Assembly (NCBI GenBank): GCA_951406725.2
Contig: OX597825.1
Span: forward strand, 63,302,001 to 63,366,000
Origin: Octopus vulgaris
Taxonomy: Eukaryota
DNA length: 64,000 nucleotides
Direction of reading: 5' to 3'
How positions within the stretch are numbered: the stretch's first letter is position 1; every line of letters starts with the position of its first letter. The notes below the pieces were generated by a model, which worked only from the letters and a program-made list of their open reading frames with translations, was not told where the DNA came from and ran no database searches. A program made the position numbers and the translations under genes. This document shows, piece by piece, positions 40,863 to 53,149 of this stretch.

Positions 40863-41630
40863 GTATATATATATAATTTATATGCATATATATAATTTAC
40901 ATATATATATATTCACACACGCATATATATAATATATATATAGTCATATATATAAATATATAAATATATATAATTATATACATGTGCATACACACACACA
41001 AATACTGATACGTATATGGATACACTCACACGCGTACTCATAGTATAGAAATATATGCATTTACACTCAATACCTCTTTTCATTTAAATCTTCCAACTCA
41101 TGCAATGGAAAATTTATTCATTGAGTCTGAAACAGAGTAGAAGTTTTCTGTCTTTTTGTTTTACTTTTACAGTATTCTATTTGATATTCAATTTAGTTTC
41201 GGGAAACTTTTATAGAAAATTCGTAGTAGTACACAGTCTACAACGGAATTGATTTTCTTATTAATAGTTGTTTATAACTGATCTGAATCTTATTATTCCT
41301 TAGATATTTAGACAAACTTGTTGGTAATTCCCAGTGTATTTTCCAGCTGTCTCCAGACATTTATGCTATGATACATTCTTTATAAAATTCTTCCTTTAAT
41401 TCGCGCAATCAAAGGCTCACAAACTGACGTTAGGCATAACGTGATTAAGCGAACAGTGAATTAACATTACAATTAATCAAATTGAATTTGTATCTCTTAA
41501 TTGATTTGCAATTTTGTGACCTATGTCAGCGTTCGTCAAGCTGACCGATACCTGCACCCATACAAATAAAAATTAGTACAAGTTCTGCCTTTCCACTTCT
41601 TTATCAACGAGGCGATAAAATAGAATTTAC

Positions 41631-41760
41631 CTCCCGATAATTCTTCTTTCGTCGCCATGTTGTTCGGCAAGTTTAAAATGTGTAACGCCATCTTAATTTC
41701 ATTTAACAGTTCAAGTTGTTCGTTACCCTCTGAATGCTCACATCGCCCCGCCACCTGAGA
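41631..41760 (-). promoter_or_regulatory. Candidate housekeeping-type promoter and first coding exon (MATKEELSG|intron)
   Basis: Minus strand carries a GC box ggcggggcg, a YY1-like aagatggcg, then aacATGGCG (ATG at 41658-41656) and donor GAG|GTAAAT. The sequence is non-repetitive and locally CpG-richer. Confidence 0.4.
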
Positions 41761-43755
41761 CTGTCCACCTATCAGTAATACTACTAGCTTAGGCAATATA
41801 ACCTCTATATTCACGCTCTCTCACTCATCGAAATGTTATATCTCTTTAACACCTCATGGTTAAATAAATCACTAACATCTCCTACCAGCACTCTGATGGA
41901 GTAAATTTTGCTGACATAGTCTATCACCAATTTGTTAGGCTTCAGAATTTTATCACTTACTTCGTTTAAGTGTGTTGATAGTATAATCTGGAATTCGTGT
42001 GAGTTGGTGGTGGCCTACATCGACAACACTAGTAGTAAAATCGAGGACTTATGGCCTAAACATTATTTTCATTCTTCATTGCAGCTGAAATTACTAACAC
42101 TTGCAAACACTCTTGGATCATAATAAATCGGTTTGTAATGGGATACTGCAGAAACTTCCTATTGAACTAGACAACGTGTATATGGCCGTCCTACCATACC
42201 AGAAAGAGAAGCCGTCCACAAATTTTAACCTTACATCTAAAATAAAAAAGACGAATTAGTGAATGTAATAACTCTTACTACAGTTCGAATAAAAGCAATA
42301 GGAGGACAGTATTTGCAAAGATTAGTCTTATGTCAGTTCACTGATAGTCAAAATGATGTAAAATAAGTCATTCTGTTCGTAGCCGGTCTCTTCCACATCC
42401 TCGTCGTCATCATTAGCTTGATCTTAATTTCATCGACGGCATTCAACTGTTTGATAATTTCAATCAGTGGTCTAACGTTAAACTGGATAGACAGTCGACT
42501 ATGAGTTTGTTGTAGTTGCTAGACGAGAAATACAATTTGAGAAGTGTGTAGAAACAGATACGAACTTATATGAATGTGATATGAGCCATAAACAAGTAAA
42601 TGCATTTCTATTCAGTTTTACTATCATTTTTAGTACATATTTTTAAATATCAAAAACATAGTTTGTATTAATGAACTAATCACTGCTACTGTGTTCACCG
42701 GTATATTTAAATGGACTAATAGGATTATGAATATACTACTGAATTAATTTAATGTTCGTCTGGTGGCTTACAGATCAGAGTTAGCCATAACAAGGCAAAT
42801 ATAAATTTAGTATGTCTTCATAGTTTATAGTAGAATGAAATTACAACCGTAAGATATTCTTGATTGGCACAAGCTCAGTCCTTTATAAACCGATCACGTA
42901 TGATTAAAGTGATAATGTGACTTCAAAAAAAAACGAATATCGGTATATGCGTCATATAGTCGAGAGTTACAACCAAATGAAAATACCTTTAAATTAGTTT
43001 TATTGCCTGTAATTCTATTCGTTAGAGGGAAACTGAGAAAATAGTTAGAAATTATTTAGTAAAACTTGCATTTAATTAAGGGATGAAAGAAACAACAAAA
43101 ACAAAAATGTAAATAAAACAGAAAATAAAGACACCGAAGTAAAGCTTTATTGGCTATCATACTTGTTTTAAATGAAGCTTGGACGAAGTTACAGAGTTTC
43201 ACTATACTCTCACCAGCGTGATTTTCTGTTCAATCTTATTTTAGTTATTGAAGTGCTTCTTAGTAAAGAATCACGACGATACATGCCTCAATATATTTCA
43301 CTGATTAAAAAAAAAAAGGACCGAATCTTATTTCATGGCTGAGTGGGGTAAAACATTGAACTGTATGAAATATCCAACTATTATAAATCATCCAGCTATA
43401 TAATGCACCCAACTATATACAACATTCAGCTGTATGAAACACGAAGTTATATAAACTACCCAGTAATATATAAAACACCTCCACCAGCAAACATCATTTC
43501 ACGCATGCTAGCTCAAGAAAATAATGTAAAATAGCATGAACAATTTTCCGTGGTGAAATTAACTTTATAACAATCAGAGAATAAAATTGTAAAGAAATAT
43601 TTCGAGATGATTTTTCAGGTTTATCGTTTTCAGACATAAAAATGATCAATTTAATTAAATTACCTAGAATTCGTTTCATTTAATGAACCAGTGTGTTAAT
43701 TAAATTTACAAAGCATATTTTCATTATTTAAAGATTAAAAATCACAAACTTCACC

Positions 43756-44171
43756 AGGCGTGGCTGTGTGGTAAGTAGCTTGCTAGTCAACCACATGGTT
43801 CCGGGTTCAGTCCCACTGTGTGGCACCTTGGGCAAGTGTCTTCTGCTATAGCCTCGGGCCGACCAAAGCCTTGTCAGTGGATTTGGTAGACGGAAACTGA
43901 AAGAAGCCTGTCGTGTATGTGTGTATATATATATATATGTATGTGTGTGTATATGTTTGTGTGTCTGTGTTTGTCCCCCCCCCCACCATCGCTTGACAAC
44001 CGATGCTAGTGTGTTTACGTCCCCGTCACTTAGCGGTTCGGCAAAAAGAGACCGATAGAATAAGTACTGGGCTTACAAAGAATAAGTCCCGTGGTCGTTT
44101 TGCTCGACTAAAGGAGGTGCTCCAGCATGGCCGCAGTCAAATGACTGAAACAAGTAAAAGAGTAAAAGAGT
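43756..44171 (+). mobile_element. SINE family A, full length
   Basis: Head-to-tail match. Confidence 0.93.
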
Positions 44172-44795
44172 ATGTACAGAGTTTATGAGTTAAAGCAGAA
44201 TTCGTATCAGATTGAATGAATCGGTTTTTTTTTTAAATATTAAATGTAACTCTTCGTCCTAACAGTACACACAACTTACTGTATATACATGTTGCGTCTT
44301 TCTGTACATAGCATTTCACCGAATTAGAATTTTTCCATTTAATATTCATGGCAGAATCCAAAATTAAAAGAGAGTCATGATGTCTTGTGTCAGCAAAAAT
44401 TAATCCCGACTACTTGGAAGAGAGTCAAATTAACTTTTCAATAACGTGCCAATGTAGGTTCATTGAAATAACTTATTTAGAGTAGATATGAGGGTCATAT
44501 TGACGTTCAGACGGCATGCAATTTGGCTGAAGTTTTTTGACTATCGGCTCTCTCCATTTTGATAGGATAAATTGCGTTTCCATTACTTGGTCTCAACAGT
44601 ATACGAACAGACAGCTTAACATTTTTATAATAATAATTGAGTGTATAGTGTGCAGATTTTAGCCTTTAAATGTAGACGTATGTTGTCTTTAATAGCATGT
44701 TACCATTTAGCAAATATAGAAGGTATACTTACCAACTAACCATTTAGTAGACGATTGATTAAACATAGTATGTATCCTATGGAAATGTGATTCAG

Positions 44796-45093
44796 GGTAC
44801 TACTTAAGACGCTAGCTAGTCGTGACTAGTCGAACCTTACTTTGTGTTTTTGTGTTTTATTTACTTTGTTTAAAAAATATTTACTTTGTGTTTTTGTGTT
44901 TTATTTACTATGTCTTAAAAAAATTATTTATTTTGTGTAAAAAAATTATTCATTTTGTGTAAAAATATTATTTATTTTGTGTTTTATTTACTTTGCTAGG
45001 TAGCCGTTGTAGGATCGACTAGTCACGACTAGCTAGCGCGGATACGCGAGTACGCAAGTGCGTGCACCGGGACCACTCTTCTTAAGTAGTACC
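44796..45093. mobile_element. MITE with GGTAC termini and 9-bp TSD (Merlin-like; MULE possible)
   Basis: TIR ggtactacttaaga / tcttaagtagtacc; inner inverted repeat cgctagctagtcgtgactagtcga; TSD gtgattcag (44787-44795 / 45094-45102). Confidence 0.88.
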
Positions 45094-45662
45094 GTGATTC
45101 AGTAACATCCCTGTGACAAACAAGCAGTCTCTTTATTATCCACTGTCTCGTTTTAGCTGTCTGTCTGTCTGAACATATGTATATGTGTACTACTTGTATA
45201 CATGTATGTATATACACACGTATATATGTACATATACATAATTCTTTTTTGATATAGTTTACTTCGAAGCACATAAAACTATGAATAATAGCATTTAAAT
45301 ATTCGGTTAAAAACCCATTTTGGGTCATTACATACCATTATCTGTAGCTTCATGTAGTTCGAGATCCACGGTTCCAATTAAAAAACAAAAAAAATATTGC
45401 ACGTTAGGAGTCAAAATACTCGAAAGCCACAAGAATTCACACTAAATTTTTACAGGCATGGTTGGCAAAAAAAAAAAAATCTAAGTGAATAAGGATTGCG
45501 GCTTATCTCTGCAAAATTGCAGGAATGAATGCTAGTTTACTTGGTATCATGATTTCGAATTTAGCACCAAAAGCACTTGATCTCTTCAGCCAAGTCTACT
45601 CATACCAATACCTATATTTCACTTCAACCAAGGAATATATATATATAATATATATATATATA

Positions 45663-45870
45663 ATGTGACCGCGTGTGTACCGTTGGCGATTTTTTTCCTC
45701 CGTCTTCCCTTCTTTGGATCTTTCCTTTTCCTATGTTTCTGACGAAGAGCTCCGCTCGAAACGTTAAACCCTCCTTCTTTCCTTCTTTCCTGAGCGTTCA
45801 ATAATACTCTACGTGTTCCACGTCCTCACGTTGTTGTGTTTTCTCTTTGTGTTTTCATATTTGGATTGAC
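45663..45870 (+). mobile_element. Short Penelope-type non-autonomous insert in (TA)n carrying a hammerhead
   Basis: Bounded by TA repeats; contains the hammerhead at 45735-45769. Confidence 0.75.
45735..45769 (+). ncRNA. Minimal type I hammerhead ribozyme
   Basis: gttt-CUGACGA-A-gagc(tcc)gctc-GAAA-CG-UU-aaac; the core is fully canonical, with palindromic ACGU in place of stem III. Confidence 0.85.
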
Positions 45871-45875
45871 TATAT

Positions 45876-45946
<71 letters not shown>

Positions 45947-45947
<1 letters not shown>

Positions 45948-46063
45948 GGCCTGCTGGCTTAGCCAGCGGGGTGGCGTTATTTGAAGGCTAAAACAATGCG
46001 AAGCGCATTGTGACCAGCGATGTGTAGCAATATCTGATAGCCTGGTCGGTCACGGTGATCACG

Positions 46064-46068
<5 letters not shown>
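45947..46068 (+). mobile_element. ~120-bp structured element inserted in (TA)n, copy 2
   Basis: Matches 32352-32470. Confidence 0.85.
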
Positions 46069-46098
<30 letters not shown>

Positions 46099-46104
46099 CT
46101 CTCT

Positions 46105-46310
46105 CTTTTACTTGTTTCAATCATTTCACTCTAGCCATGCTGGAGCACCGCCTTTAGTCGAGCAAATCGACCCCACAACTTATTCTTTGTAAGCCTAGTA
46201 CGTATTCTATTATCGGTCTCTATTGCCGTACCGCTAGGTTACGGGGACGTAAACACACCACCATCAGTCGTCAAGCGATGTTGGGAGACAAACACGGACA
46301 CACAAACACA
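46105..46310 (-). mobile_element. SINE family A, 3' half
   Basis: Tail and body match. Confidence 0.85.
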
Positions 46311-46874
46311 TATATATATATAAGCCTTGTGAGTGGATTTGGTAGACGTACAAGAATCCAAATGCAACATATTCGGCAAGAGGAATTAAGCAAGATTCCA
46401 TTAACCTGGAAATATGTAGCGACGGAAAATTCAAACTGCTTCCCTTTTATATATGTGCACGGGACAATCCGCAATACCGAAAAGCAATGGAACTATATTT
46501 CATCAAAAAATTCTCTCCAAAATTGAATGTTTAAAAGAAAAGCGAAGACAGTACATTTTGTAAGTGTTAAACTAATGCTCTCTAATGCGAAAACATGAAA
46601 TTGAAAGAGGCGTGACCGAAGTAACACAGTATAAACATGGACACCTTCTCAAACACACACAAGCACACACACAGATAGATAAGCTCACACACACACGCAC
46701 CCACACGCGGACTCACATACAAATTGAATGTTTTAAGGTAAAGTGGAGAATTTGCCTTTTTTATTCCAAATGTGGCTCATCTCTACAAATGTTCAGATAT
46801 ATATATATGTGTAGCATTGGGATGTTTTAGCTTTACGTCTATATATATGTATCTTTTCTTTTCTTTTTTTTTTC

Positions 46875-47266
46875 TTTTACTTGTTTCAGTCATTTGACTG
46901 CGGCCATGCTGGAGCACCGCCTTTAATCGAGCAACTCGACCCGGGACTTATTCTTTTGTAAGCCCAGTACTTATTCTGTCGGTCTCTTTTTGCCGAACCG
47001 CTAAGTTACGGGGACATAAACACACCAGCATCGGTTGTCAAGCAATGCTAGGGGAACAAACACAGACACACAGACACACAAACATATATATATATACATA
47101 TATACGACGGGCTTCTTTCAGTTTCCGTCTAACAAATCCACTCACAAGGCTTTGGTCGGGCCGAGGCTATAGTAGAAGACACTTGCCCAAAGTGCCACGC
47201 AGTGGGACTGAACCCGGAACCATGTGGTTGGTAAACAAGCTACTTACCACACAGCCATTCCTGCCT
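46875..47266 (-). mobile_element. SINE family A, full length
   Basis: Head-to-tail match. Confidence 0.93.
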
Positions 47267-47646
47267 ATATATTTCATTTTATTTGTTTATTTTTTAAATT
47301 GTCATTTTGCAAATATTATACTAATTTTTTTTCATGCAGAACTACAATTCATCAAAAATTTCCCTCCCAAATTGAATATTTGGAAGGGGAGACAGTACGT
47401 TTTGTATTCTAAATATAACACAGAGGAGAAAAAGAAAGAGACACAGAAAAAGTCGGAAAGGGAAAGAGAGAAGGAAAACAAAATGACCTTCAGTGATGAC
47501 CAAACCGCACCTGCTTTTTTTGTTTGAAGAGGTCACCCTCCTTAAACCCATTCCAATACAATGGTAAATAAATGAATAAATAAATAAATGAGCGTTGAAT
47601 AGGAAGGGGATACCCCTTCTTGCTCTCCCTCTACCTATCTGTCTGA

Positions 47647-47698
<52 letters not shown>

Positions 47699-47699
47699 A

Positions 47700-48129
47700 C
47701 AACAATATTGACCAAGGTTACCGTGGTCTTTTTCGTAGGCTTTTCTTCCCACGGATAAACCTTACTTGCTTTCCCCTTTACACCATATATCATAACACTG
47801 TGATACACGATCCCTATTGATCGTTCTTTTTTTTCCTCTTCCCCTTTTTTCCCCTTTTTTCTTCTTTTTTCATTTTTCTTTTCTTTTGTTCCTTTTCCTT
47901 TTCTTTTTTTCTTTTTATTCCTTTTATTTTTTATTTTATTTATTTTTTTATTTTATTTTTTTATTTTTTATTTTTTGGTCTTTTCTTCCCTTTTACGATC
48001 CGTCTTGATCGAAAACCTACCCCCCCCATTTTTTCTTTTGTTTTTTGTTTTTTTTCATCCCCCAAAAGAAAAGCTCTACCCTGTAACTTGTCCCATCTGT
48101 GTGCAGCCCTGTGTGGTCAATAAAGAAAC

Positions 48130-48130
<1 letters not shown>
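47700..48130 (+). mobile_element. LINE-like 3' UTR, longer copy, between (CTAT)n tracts
   Basis: Shares its last ~165 bp with 40595-40769; ends aataaagaaact. Confidence 0.8.
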
Positions 48131-48168
<38 letters not shown>

Positions 48169-48173
48169 CCTAC

Positions 48174-48216
<43 letters not shown>

Positions 48217-48346
48217 CCTATCTATCTATCTATATCTATCTATCTATCTATCTACCTACCTATCTATCTATCTATCATCTATCTATCTATCTACCTACCT
48301 ACCTATCTATCTATCTATCTATCTATCTACCTATCTATCTACCTAC

Positions 48347-48413
<67 letters not shown>

Positions 48414-49162
48414 GCTAGCTAGCTAGCTAGCTAGCTATCAGCCTATATACCTACCTATATTTCTATCTATCCATCTCCATTGTCATGGAACCTCACCCCA
48501 AAATACAAAAAACAATGTTCTCTTCTAAACAACCCCACCAACATCTGTTTTCTATAATAAAAAAGCAGTTTGTATATTCACAAAATTTTATTTGACAAGT
48601 TCGAGAAAGGAACGAAAGCGCTAATAATGAAGAAATAAAAATACTTTTTTCCCAAAATTCTGACATTTTCTCATATATATATATAGATGTGTGTGTGTGT
48701 GTAATTGTTATTTGCACTGTTTGAGACGCTAAATATACTGGTCGCTGTAGTGTACACACAAGAGAATACCTTTTTCTTATTACGACTGTGCAAATAACGA
48801 TAACAATTTCTTTTTATCGGTTGGCTGATGGCAGCACTGATCAGCAAACACTTTTCTCACTTGTGCTACTCTCAAAGGTCCGATTATTTTTTACTGACGA
48901 GACACAATATATCGAAACACCTGTGTCCCAGAATCTCATGCACCAATGAGCCGAGTCAGTTGAAACACCCTGTCGTTGTATAAGAGGGAAAATTTATTCC
49001 CCCATGACGTACATTACTCCCACTAGTATACACACACACACACTCACTCACACAGACGCACACACACATACACACATATATATATTATATATCATATTTA
49101 ATATATATGTATATATGTATTTATATATATTATATATTATATTATATTATATTATATTATAT

Positions 49163-49222
<60 letters not shown>

Positions 49223-49226
<4 letters not shown>

Positions 49227-49610
49227 CGTAGGAGTGGCTGTGTGGTAAGTAGCTTGCTAACCAACCACATGGTTCCGGGTTCAGTCCCACTGCGTGGCAT
49301 CTTGGGCAAGTGTATTCTGCTATAGCCCCGGGCCGACCAATGCCTTGTGAGTGGATTTGGTATACGGAAACTGAAAGAAGCCTGTCGTATATATGTATGA
49401 GTGTGTATTTGTGTGTCTGTGTTTGCTTGACAACCGATGCTGGTGAGTTTACGTCCCGGTCACTTAGCGGTTCGGCAAAAAGAGACCGATAGAATAAGTA
49501 CTGGGCTTACAAAAAGAATAAGTCCCGGGGTCGAGTTGCTCGACTAAAGGCGGTGCTCCAGCATGGCCGCAGTCAAATGACTGAAACAAGTAAAAGAGTA
49601 AGAGTAGAGT
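49223..49610 (+). mobile_element. SINE family A, full length
   Basis: Head-to-tail match. Confidence 0.93.
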
Positions 49611-50057
49611 ACATCGGTATAGAAATTTTTTTCATCCACTTATTTTAACTTGTATACGCTGAGTGTTTTCTAAATTTTATTTCACTAATATGGCTTATAT
49701 AATATCTCATGCTAAAGGATTATGGAACGGCAGAGTCATTAGAGCGTCGGAAACCGCTTTGGGGCATCTATTCCGGCTCTTTACATTCTGATCTCAAACC
49801 CAAATGGGGGTCAAATTTGCCTTTCATGCTACCCACGCTCGATAAAATAAAGTAATATTCCGTAATGTGGCCAAAGCTAACGATTCATTCCGTCTCTTAA
49901 GACTGCATGATACCTTGGACGTCTATGTCCTCTTGGAGTCCAGGGTCAATTAATGCTCTGTTAGTGAATTTGTTGGACTGTAACTGAAATAGGTCCATCT
50001 GTCTATGTATCTGTCTGTGTACCTCCCTCTCTATTTGTCTTTCCCGTTTTATGTCTT

Positions 50058-50124
<67 letters not shown>

Positions 50125-50171
50125 CTGCCGGTCTCTCTCTCTGTCTGTCTGTCTCTTTCTCTCTCTCTTTC

Positions 50172-50295
<124 letters not shown>

Positions 50296-50349
50296 ACTAT
50301 CTCTGTCTGTTTCTCAGTCTATCTCTGTCTCTGTCTCTCTGTCTCTCTG

Positions 50350-50388
<39 letters not shown>

Positions 50389-50435
50389 CTCTGTCTCTTT
50401 CTGTTCCTGTCTATCTATGTCTGTTTCTCTGTCTA

Positions 50436-50493
<58 letters not shown>

Positions 50494-50754
50494 CATATAT
50501 ATATATATATATATATATATCTAAATACATGCCTTCGTTATAATCCCCACCAACACTTGAAAAACAGTTTTTTCCGTTTGTTTACGTTTCCGTAACTTAA
50601 CGGTTCGGAATATAGGGTTCCAAAAGAATAATTACTAGACTTAACAAAGATAATACTTGGATCAATTAGTTCAACTAAACCGTCTGAGGAAGTGCTCTTC
50701 TATGACCGCAGTAGAAACAACGGAACAATTCAATAAATGAATATATCTTCTAAC

Positions 50755-51093
50755 TTTCACTTTTTTCAATCATTAGACTGTGGCCATGTTGGGGCACCGC
50801 TTTGAAGAATTTTTAGTCGAATAAATCGACCCCAGTACATCTTTTAAAAGCCTGCTACTTATTCTGTCGGATTTCTTTGCCGAACCGCTACACAAGAGGG
50901 ACATAAACAAACAAAGACCTGCTGTCAAGCAGTGATGGGAGACGGCCACATGAACACACTCACGACGTGGTTCTTTTAGTTTCCGTCTACCAAATCCACT
51001 CACAAGTCTTTGGTCAGCCCGAGGATGTATTAAAAGACAATTGTCCAAGGTGCCACGCAATAGGATTGAACCCGGAACCATGTGCTTGGGAGC
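50755..51093 (-). mobile_element. SINE family A, diverged
   Basis: Body match. Confidence 0.82.
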
Positions 51094-51264
51094 GACTCTA
51101 TTATTTCTGCGGTGACATTTCTACTCCATAGATTTTTATATCTTACTTATTCAAGATATATCCGCCTTTATAACGACCCGATTTATAAGCTTTTACCTTA
51201 ATTTCTATGTCGGTTGCTCTGTTTACTACACTAGGGTAAAGTCACGAATGGCCATGGGATTTTT

Positions 51265-51577
51265 GTCACGAATGGCCATGGGATTTCACCTAAAATGTTC
51301 CCCTCCGCGGCACAAGCCCGGGCAAGGTTGTTTATGGGAGATCAGCTGTCACCCATGCGTACCAGCCTCCCCTCTCTACGCCACCTATGTTATCCGAAGG
51401 AAAGCAAAGTCTGATACAGCATGGCACCAGTGATACTGCAACGCATTTTTACAGCTAAGCGAACAGGAGTAACATGAAATAAAGTATCTTGTTCAAGAAC
51501 ACATCATTTAAAGAATCGAACACAGAATCTCACGGTTGGAAGCGCGACATTCTAAACACTGAGCCACGCCACTTCAC
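51265..51577 (-). mobile_element. SINE family D, diverged
   Basis: Similar to 54885-55205. Confidence 0.8.
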
Positions 51578-52004
51578 ATGATCATTACACTAGGATGCAT
51601 GTTATTTTAACTGGAAGCTTTAACGCATTGATTATCTCTGTAATTAATTCTAAACAGTGGTTAGCTTGCATGAATAGATACCTGTTTATTATGTTGTACG
51701 ATATATTATGGATTTCAGTCTGAAGTCTTTTAGCGCGGAAACCGGATATAACCGCTCAAAATTTGATTACCGTTAACTGCGGAAGCGGTTTTACGCTACA
51801 GCAAAGAAAATCTAATGCTGTCAGAAGCGGAGACACCCCTAGTGACTTTTTTTATGCACAATATAATATATCCGAAGTTTCTTATTTTATTCACATATTT
51901 CATCAAATATCTTTTTACACAGTGTGAATCAAATACTGTTAGTGGTTGATATAAAACCTTACCTGCAGAAGATACTGAAAAGCTTTTGCACAAGCAAAAG
52001 ATAC

Positions 52005-52170
52005 CGAATTTGAATCTTTGTCACAATGCCAAGAATTTTGAGGGAGCGGGGTTAGTCGATAACATTGACCCCATTATTCAAATGGTACTTATTTTTTTGA
52101 CCTTGAAAGGATGAAAGGCAAAGTCGACCTCGGCGGAGTTTAATCTCAGAACGCGAAGACGAACAAAATG
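52005..52170 (-). mobile_element. SINE family B fragment
   Basis: gaaaggatgaaaggcaaagtcgacctcggcgg core. Confidence 0.8.
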
Positions 52171-52311
52171 ACAAGCAGAAAATATCAATTCTAGGTTTTA
52201 GTGGATAACTAACACCGTTACAAGAATGACCTTGAAATTCAATTATGCAGCCAAAAGCTTAAATTTTATCTCTTCAAATTTTTATTCTATTTTCACTATC
52301 ATATATTCTTT

Positions 52312-52486
52312 TCTTGGGGAAATTTCGAACCTGGGTTATAATTCGTAAGGTACTTTTTGATATCATTATTATTGTTGTTGTTGATGATGTTGTTGTTATT
52401 GTTAGTCACGTCACTGCTTGGAATCGAACTCGGAATCTTGGGTGGGGTTAGTAGTCCGCGCTCTTAACTACTACGCCATATGCCCA
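52312..52486 (-). mobile_element. tRNA-headed element, left (inverted, 3'-truncated) copy
   Basis: Reverse complement: gggcatatggcgtagtagttaagagcgcgg...gagttcgattcc (A and B boxes), (AAC/AAT)n, then aacccaggttcgaaatttccccaaga. Confidence 0.8.
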
Positions 52487-52528
52487 TGGGCATATGGCGT
52501 AGTGGTTAATAATAATAATAATAATAAT

Positions 52529-52562
<34 letters not shown>

Positions 52563-52564
52563 GC

Positions 52565-52595
<31 letters not shown>

Positions 52596-52782
52596 TCGAA
52601 AATACCTTAAGAATGAGAACCCACGTTCGAAATTTCCCCAAGACACCTGAAGAAGGCTGGAGGGTATATCAGCCGAAACGTGTTAACAACAAACAAGACA
52701 TGGACAAATATCCGCCGAATGTAAATAATGTAAATAATGTAAACAATGTACATAATTCAACATCTTTTAAATATAGAACTGT
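52487..52782 (+). mobile_element. tRNA-headed element, right copy with hammerhead-like tail
   Basis: tggcgtagtgg A-box, (AAT)(AAC)n, ttcgaaatttccccaag, then acac-CUGAAGA-A-ggctg/cagcc-GAAA-c-gtgt (52643-52683). Confidence 0.8.
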
Positions 52783-53149
52783 ATTCCGTTCCTGGTTGCT
52801 TGTAAGTCTTATTCTCTTTTACTGAGGATTATATTGGCGCTGCGTCCTACTGTAGTGTATAGGACGCCGCACCAACTCTATATAATCTACAGTGAATAAG
52901 ACTACAAAAAAAAAACAGGAATGGAATAACTATAAACAAAGAACTGACAATTTCAAACCTGATACTTACGCAAAAAGCCCTAGTCTCAAATCAAATAAAT
53001 GGATATGGTAGTGGAAATAGAATAAACAATTTGCAGAGGTAAAACTTACACAAATGTAAGCCTTTGGCTGCATAATTAAATTTCAGGGTCATTCTTGTAA
53101 TGGTGCTGGTGTAACTGTAGTGTATACTCTGTTGTATTACACTGTCATA

